Source: Macrostomum lignano (taxonomy: Eukaryota). Taken from it: a stretch of 64,000 nt of DNA. A program made the translations under genes and the position numbers. Under the pieces are notes generated by a model. That model ran no database searches, was not told where the DNA came from, and saw nothing but the letters and a program-made list of their open reading frames with translations. Position 1 is the stretch's first letter, and each line of letters begins with the position of its first letter. Shown one piece after another: positions 48,239 through 64,000 of this stretch. Where the stretch lies: positions 1 through 64,000 of the forward strand of contig NIVC01002817.1 of the NCBI GenBank assembly GCA_002269645.1. The letters are read 5' to 3'.

Positions 48239-48831
48239 GATGCAGCGATTTGGCGATCTGTTCTGTCCGACAATCCTGTTCAGACAAATTTCGCACTAAG
48301 ATACTAAAAAACAAAGTGCCCAAGAGCTGACTGAGTTCCGACAGTGTTGCATGCATGGCCTGCTCAATCCTCAATTCTGTGCAATACTTTTCTCTCCTAG
48401 TAGAGGGAACGAGACTCCCTGGCAGGCGCTGTACAACCAGGCAGAGCGTGCGAACGTGTAGAACAATTAATCGATTTTATTTGCTCATGCAGCTTTGGCC
48501 TGGCAAAGCGGATTACTGTCGGCTCGATCCCCACTGTGCTGTTAAGTATTTGAAGTTGTACAGCCTAATGTCCAATTCCGTTTGTAATTTTTCATGACGC
48601 ATATATAATGTCTTTTATCATAAATAACGAGAATTTATTTATAAAAATCACAGCCCAAGCAGGCAAGGAACCGCTCTTACTCTATCCAGATGTTTGTGGC
48701 AGAAGAAAGAAAACACAACAATTTTGGCCTTGTAAATAAAAATATTTGTTGTTTTATGACATTGTGCAAGCACAAATGCACTTTGTCTATTTGTCAATAG
48801 CAGCCGATCGTGGTCTCGAACTTAGGACGGC

Positions 48832-59421
<10,590 letters not shown>

Positions 59422-60044
59422 TGTCTTCAGCTGTCCGGGATGGGGAGGCAATGCAGGAGTAAGCGCAGCTCTGTAGCGTCAGGTGGGGAGCTTGGAGCAG
59501 TGGCAGTCTGAGCCTCCACCTGTGCTGCCGCGGTTATCTTATAGTCTGTGGCCCGGCAGATCTGGAAGGGATCTGCACGGGAAGTCAGGAGAGGAGAGTC
59601 ATGATGTGGGGTTGCAGCCTCACGTCCCATTGTTTGTTCCCGACTGCAAGCTCCCCCTTGCCGGGTGTCTTCTTGCCCCTCCTCTCCTCCTATTCCTCCC
59701 CAACACCGTGTTGCCGGCCCCGCTGTCGCCCGGGGAGACCATGCAGCGGGGCGGGTGATGAGATGATAAGGGAAGAGATAGTAAGGCTGAATAATTGAGC
59801 CAATTTTCAGCTTTCTGTCAAATATTATTTTCGCTGGACTTTTAGCTGTCTGTTTGCAGCCTCAACAGGCAAATATTCACGGTTGTGGCAAGACCATTAT
59901 TTTTTTCTTGAAGAATATAAAAGATTTTTTTATGAAAGCAGATCGAATACTCGTATTTGATTGCTTTGATTGAAATTGGCAAACTATTCTTTTTCATGCG
60001 AAAATTTTTCAATAGCCTAATGATTCAGAAAGCAGCTGCTGATA

Positions 60045-61030
60045 ATTTTGGCGCCGCAGGCACTCATTTTAGCGCCGCAGGCACTCATTTTAGCGCCGCA
60101 GGCACTCATTTTGGCGCCGCAGGCACTCATTTTGGCGCCGCAGGCACTCATTTTGGCGCCGCAGGCACTCATTTTGGCGCCGCAGGCACTCATTTTGGCG
60201 CCGCAGGCACTCATTTTGGCGCCGCAGGCACTCATTTTAGCGCCGCAGGCACTCATTTTAACGTCGCAGGCACTCATTTTAACGCCGCAGGCACTCATTT
60301 TTGTGCCGCAGGCATTCATTTTAGCGCCGCAGGCACTCATTTTAGCGCCGCAGCCACTCATTTTAGCGCCGCAGGCACTCATTTTAGCGCCGCAGCCACT
60401 CATTTTAGCGCCGCAGGCACTCATTTTAGCGCCGCAGGCACTCATTTTAGCGCCGTAGGCACTCATTTTAGCGCCGCAGGCATTCATTTTAGCGCCGTAG
60501 GCACTCATTTTAGCGCCGCGGGCACTCATTTTGGCGCCGCAGGCACTCATTTTGGCGCCGCAGGCACTCATTTTAGCGCCGCAGCCACTCATTTTAGCGC
60601 CGCAGGCACTCATTTTAGCGCCGCAGCCACTCATTTTAGCGCCGCAGGCACTCATTTTAGCGCCGCAGCCACTCATTTTAGCGCCGCAGGCACTCATTTT
60701 AGCGCCGCAGGCACTCATTTTAGCGCCGTAGGCACTCATTTTAGCGCCGCAGGCATTCATTTTAGCGCCGTAGGCACTCATTTTAGCGCCGCGGGCACTC
60801 ATTTTGGCGCCGCAGGCACTCATTTTAGCGCCGCAGGCACTCATTTTGGCGCCGCAGGCACTCATTTTAGCGCCGCAGGCACTCATTTTGGCGCCGCATG
60901 GTACTCATTTTTGTGCCGCAGGCACTCATTTTAGCGCCGCAGGCACTCATTTTAGCGCCGCAGGCACTCATTTTAGCGCCGCAGGCACTCATTTTTATGC
61001 CGAAGGCACTCATTTTTATGCCGAAGGCGC
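60045..61030. repeat. 21-bp minisatellite (~47 copies)
   Basis: Unit cattttagcgccgcaggcact; source of the AAGTHFS ORF. Confidence 0.96.
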
Positions 61031-61084
61031 TATATTTTGGTTCCCTCAAGAAAAAGTATTGATTACTACAGCGACTCACAAGGT

Positions 61085-61165
61085 TGGGTGGGGGGGGGGG
61101 CAAAGCATTGGCATGTCCCCCCCAGAGCTTTTACTGGGGGGGGGATATGTCCCCCCTGTCCCCCC
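61085..61165 (-). mobile_element. Possible terminus of a non-autonomous DNA transposon
   Basis: Reverse strand caggcgcgtcgccaccggggggacaggggggacatatccccccc resembles CAGGGGCG-type MITE ends; partner end not found. Confidence 0.35.
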
Positions 61166-62526
61166 GGTGGCGACGCGCCTGGCTGCGGTGTACACTACTC
61201 ATTCCCTCAATCTTGTCCTTACCTTTAATTCCTTGATAGCTTCTATAAAAGCAGAATTGACATGGAAATCTTGACGAGCTGCCTTTGATTGATGGAGAAG
61301 CTGCGCAACTGAGCGAGTATTCCAAGGTTCTGCCTAGAGAACAGCACTGATGAATAATGACGTATAGCTGACCTCAGTCGGGGCTTTGACAGCTCGATAT
61401 AATCACACTTTGCTCTGTCGCTGAGACCAATTCTTATCTGCTGCGAGCTCTTTGCCTTAGTTTGCAGTTGTTGGCCCTAGCAACTCAACCATTTAGAGCT
61501 TTTTCAGGGTTGACTTGGTTGACATTACGAAATATAATTATAATTGGCAAATAATGTTTAGCCAATCTGTATAGAGGTGGACCGCATGCGATAGACAAGA
61601 TAACAGTCAGTTGCCCTCTCCTGCTATTTCTTCGAGCTCTTTTGAGCTCATTAATTGTATATAAAAATACCGCTGCGGCTGGTCGGTCATCTTGGAAGCC
61701 AGCGCCATGCAGTCTGTGATTGGCTCTGGAGCAACGCGATCCCTGTGCTGCTCTGTTGGAAAACCGAATGAGTGTTTATTCAAGGCCATTGTTTGGCTTC
61801 GCGGGGGGGGGGGCGAACTGCTCAGTTTAGTAGAGCAGCAGATTGTTCAAAGCCACGCAAATACCAATTCCATCGCGCCCGTGCGCTAACTTGGAATTCC
61901 TGCAGTTCTACCCCGCCGAAGATTTGTCCTGAGAAGTTTACAGACAATTTAGAAATTCCCAAATATTTAACTCCTTACATTGTGCGTCATATTGACATAT
62001 TCATGTTTTTTTAGGTTAAGAAAGCACCTCAACAAGAAATCGCAACAACGGCTTTAAATTTGAATTTACTTATGCACGGTGTAATTAGGGGCGATTAAAC
62101 TGCACGCATAAAATGCGATAAGAGGGAGCTTGCCGAGTTTTTACAACATAGTAGTATTCACTGTGTGTACTTTGACAAACGGCCACGATCGATCACGGGC
62201 GTAGCCAAGGTTATTCCTTCAATTTCTATACTGAATGTGGTCCTTTGGGCTTTGGACCATATCAAGAGATGAACACTGGGTCTCCCTTCTATCAAAAGCA
62301 GTAACACTTTTCGTGTAGAAAATGACAACGTGCTATCTACCTATTGTATTTTTCGGTATATCCCGCCTTCAAAAATTCCAAGAAACATTGTTTCCAGCAG
62401 TTCGATCTGCTTGTGGTCCTTGAGAGCATAATTGAGTTTAAATGGAATCAATGATCAATATTAGTACGAATTTCGTACTAATCTAGATGTTTTTTCAATA
62501 TAGGTATACAGTGCTATAATAGTAGC

Positions 62527-62756
62527 TGTTGTGCTTTGAGGCGTGGCCAAATGAATACGATGCGAGAAGCGATTGCAGGGTAGAAAAGTAACAAAGGCTT
62601 GAAAGGCCGGTGCGCACTTATATTATAATTTACCTACTAACCAGCATGATTCAGCAAACCCCCCCACCCGGCCTAGGCCGGTCTGGGCAGACAGACAAAA
62701 CCCCCCAGCCAATCAGAACGCAAGAACCCTAACCGGCGTACAAGCCGTACACAACA
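62527..62756 (-). repeat. Gypsy 3' LTR
   Basis: 7-bp terminal inverted repeat TGTTGTG...CACAACA, with PPT at 62757-62766. Confidence 0.85.
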
Positions 62757-62846
62757 TCACCCCCTCGAAAAAGCAAACAGAAGCAATGCATGGGGAACAC
62801 AACAGTCCATAGAGTGCGCACAGTCAAAAGTTATTCAGTTCGCGAA

Positions 62847-64000
62847 TCAACTCGGGCTGAACCGGACCGGAGCTCTTCTGGTTCGGCCGCTTCGTCTCGG
62901 CGGAGTCGGCGGCGTCTCGTTGGTCGGCGCCCTTGCCGGCGGCGCTAGCGCTGGCGCTGGTGTTGGCGCCATCAGAGCACCGAGTCCGGCATCAGTCGTG
63001 TCGCTATCCGCTGACGGTGTACTCGAAACGCGAACCAGGTTGTCAGAGTGCCATCGCGTGCCGTCGTCTAGCAGCCAGGACTCCGGGCCCAGCCGCCGGG
63101 TGATCCTTCGAGTCTCGCCGAGCCTTGTCGCCAGCTTGTGGGCCGTCTGTGGCCTGCGGACGCGCACGGAGTCACCAGCCTGCAGTCTCGAGGGTCGGGC
63201 TCCTCGGCGCCGGTCGGTGGCCAGCCTGGCCTTCTCCTTGTTGGCCTGGACTCGACGCTCGGTCCCCGATGGCACCGTTGGACTCAGGGGGCGGATGCCT
63301 CGACTCCACTGGCTCAGAGGTCCTCGAAACGGCCGACCGACCATCAGCTCAGCCGGTGTCAGGCCCGTGGTTGCATTCGCTGTCGACCGCTAGCATTGCA
63401 GGAACTCGCGGATTGCCTCCTTGAAGCTGATGCCGTCCTTGAGGTGCGCCTTCAGCGACTCCTTCAGGGTGCGGTTGAGGCGCTCGACATTCGAGTTTGA
63501 CTGCGGATGGTACAGCGAGGTTTTCGCATGCTGAACACCGTGGCTGGCTAGAAATTCCTCGAAGGCGTGGCTGGTGAACTGCGGCCCGTTGTCAGTCACG
63601 ATCTTGCCTGGCAGTCCCCATCGAGCGAACAGGTCCTTGAGGAAGTCGGCGATGACCTCGGCCGTCACCGAAGCCGTAGTCCGAATCTCTGGCCACTTGG
63701 AGTGCAGGTCAATGGCAACGATTGCGAATCGGCTGCTGGCAGGCGCTTCGTGGATCTCCCCGAAGATGTCAAGCTGAATCGTGTGCCACGGCTCTTTGGG
63801 CCACTCGGTCGTCTGCGATGGAGCAGCGGGTCGCTTCCACTTCTCCGCCAAGCAGCAGCTGACGCAGGACTTGGCCAGATCCTCCAGTTGGGCGTCAATT
63901 CCCGGCCACCAGACGGTATCGCGAGCTCGGTACTTCATCTTGACGATGCCGCAATGTCCCTGGTGGATCAGCGCTAGTGCAGTGGCGCGCAGACTCTCGG
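62847..64000 (-). pseudogene. Gypsy integrase with an in-frame TAG at 63390-63392
   Basis: FLQC*RSTANATTGLTPAELMVGRP; TAG replaces the Tyr of the conserved YR.T.H..TG motif; both ORFs share a frame. Confidence 0.85.

Larger units (their letters stand above)
62527..64000 (-). mobile_element. 3' part of a Ty3/Gypsy LTR retrotransposon (runs off the window)
   Basis: Integrase HQGHCGIVKMK..CVSC, IQLDIF, VTDNGPQF, NSNVERLNR; PPT gaggggg next to a 230-bp LTR. Confidence 0.93.

Overview
Eukaryotic (metazoan) genomic DNA, not prokaryotic: spliced genes with GT-AG introns, GC-rich exons, AT-rich first introns and a different minisatellite in almost every intron. The overall style resembles the free-living flatworm Macrostomum, but that is inference and needs a BLAST check. 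Genes reconstructed by hand, with splice phases checked: an endosomal Na+/H+ exchanger (NHE6/7/9 type, 9 exons, minus); a small Cys-rich secreted peptide gene nested in its first intron (plus); SSBP/Ssdp (4 exons, minus); a secreted WSC+PAN-like gene (plus); an ankyrin-repeat/Mab21 (cGAS-like receptor) fusion with an intact catalytic triad (3 exons, minus; the top candidate for a novel system); an orphan coiled-coil gene fragment; TMED7-like p24 (2 exons, minus); and a two-pore K+ channel (3 exons, minus). Mobile DNA: a very young full-length BEL/Pao LTR retrotransposon inside a (GATA)n microsatellite in the K2P intron, the 3' part of a Gypsy element, decayed mariner, P-like, Crypton and LINE remnants, and several MITEs with TIRs/TSDs. 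At least six apparent 1-nt deletions at G/C runs break otherwise intact ORFs and are most likely assembly errors. Most long ORFs in the supplied track are artefacts of tandem repeats.
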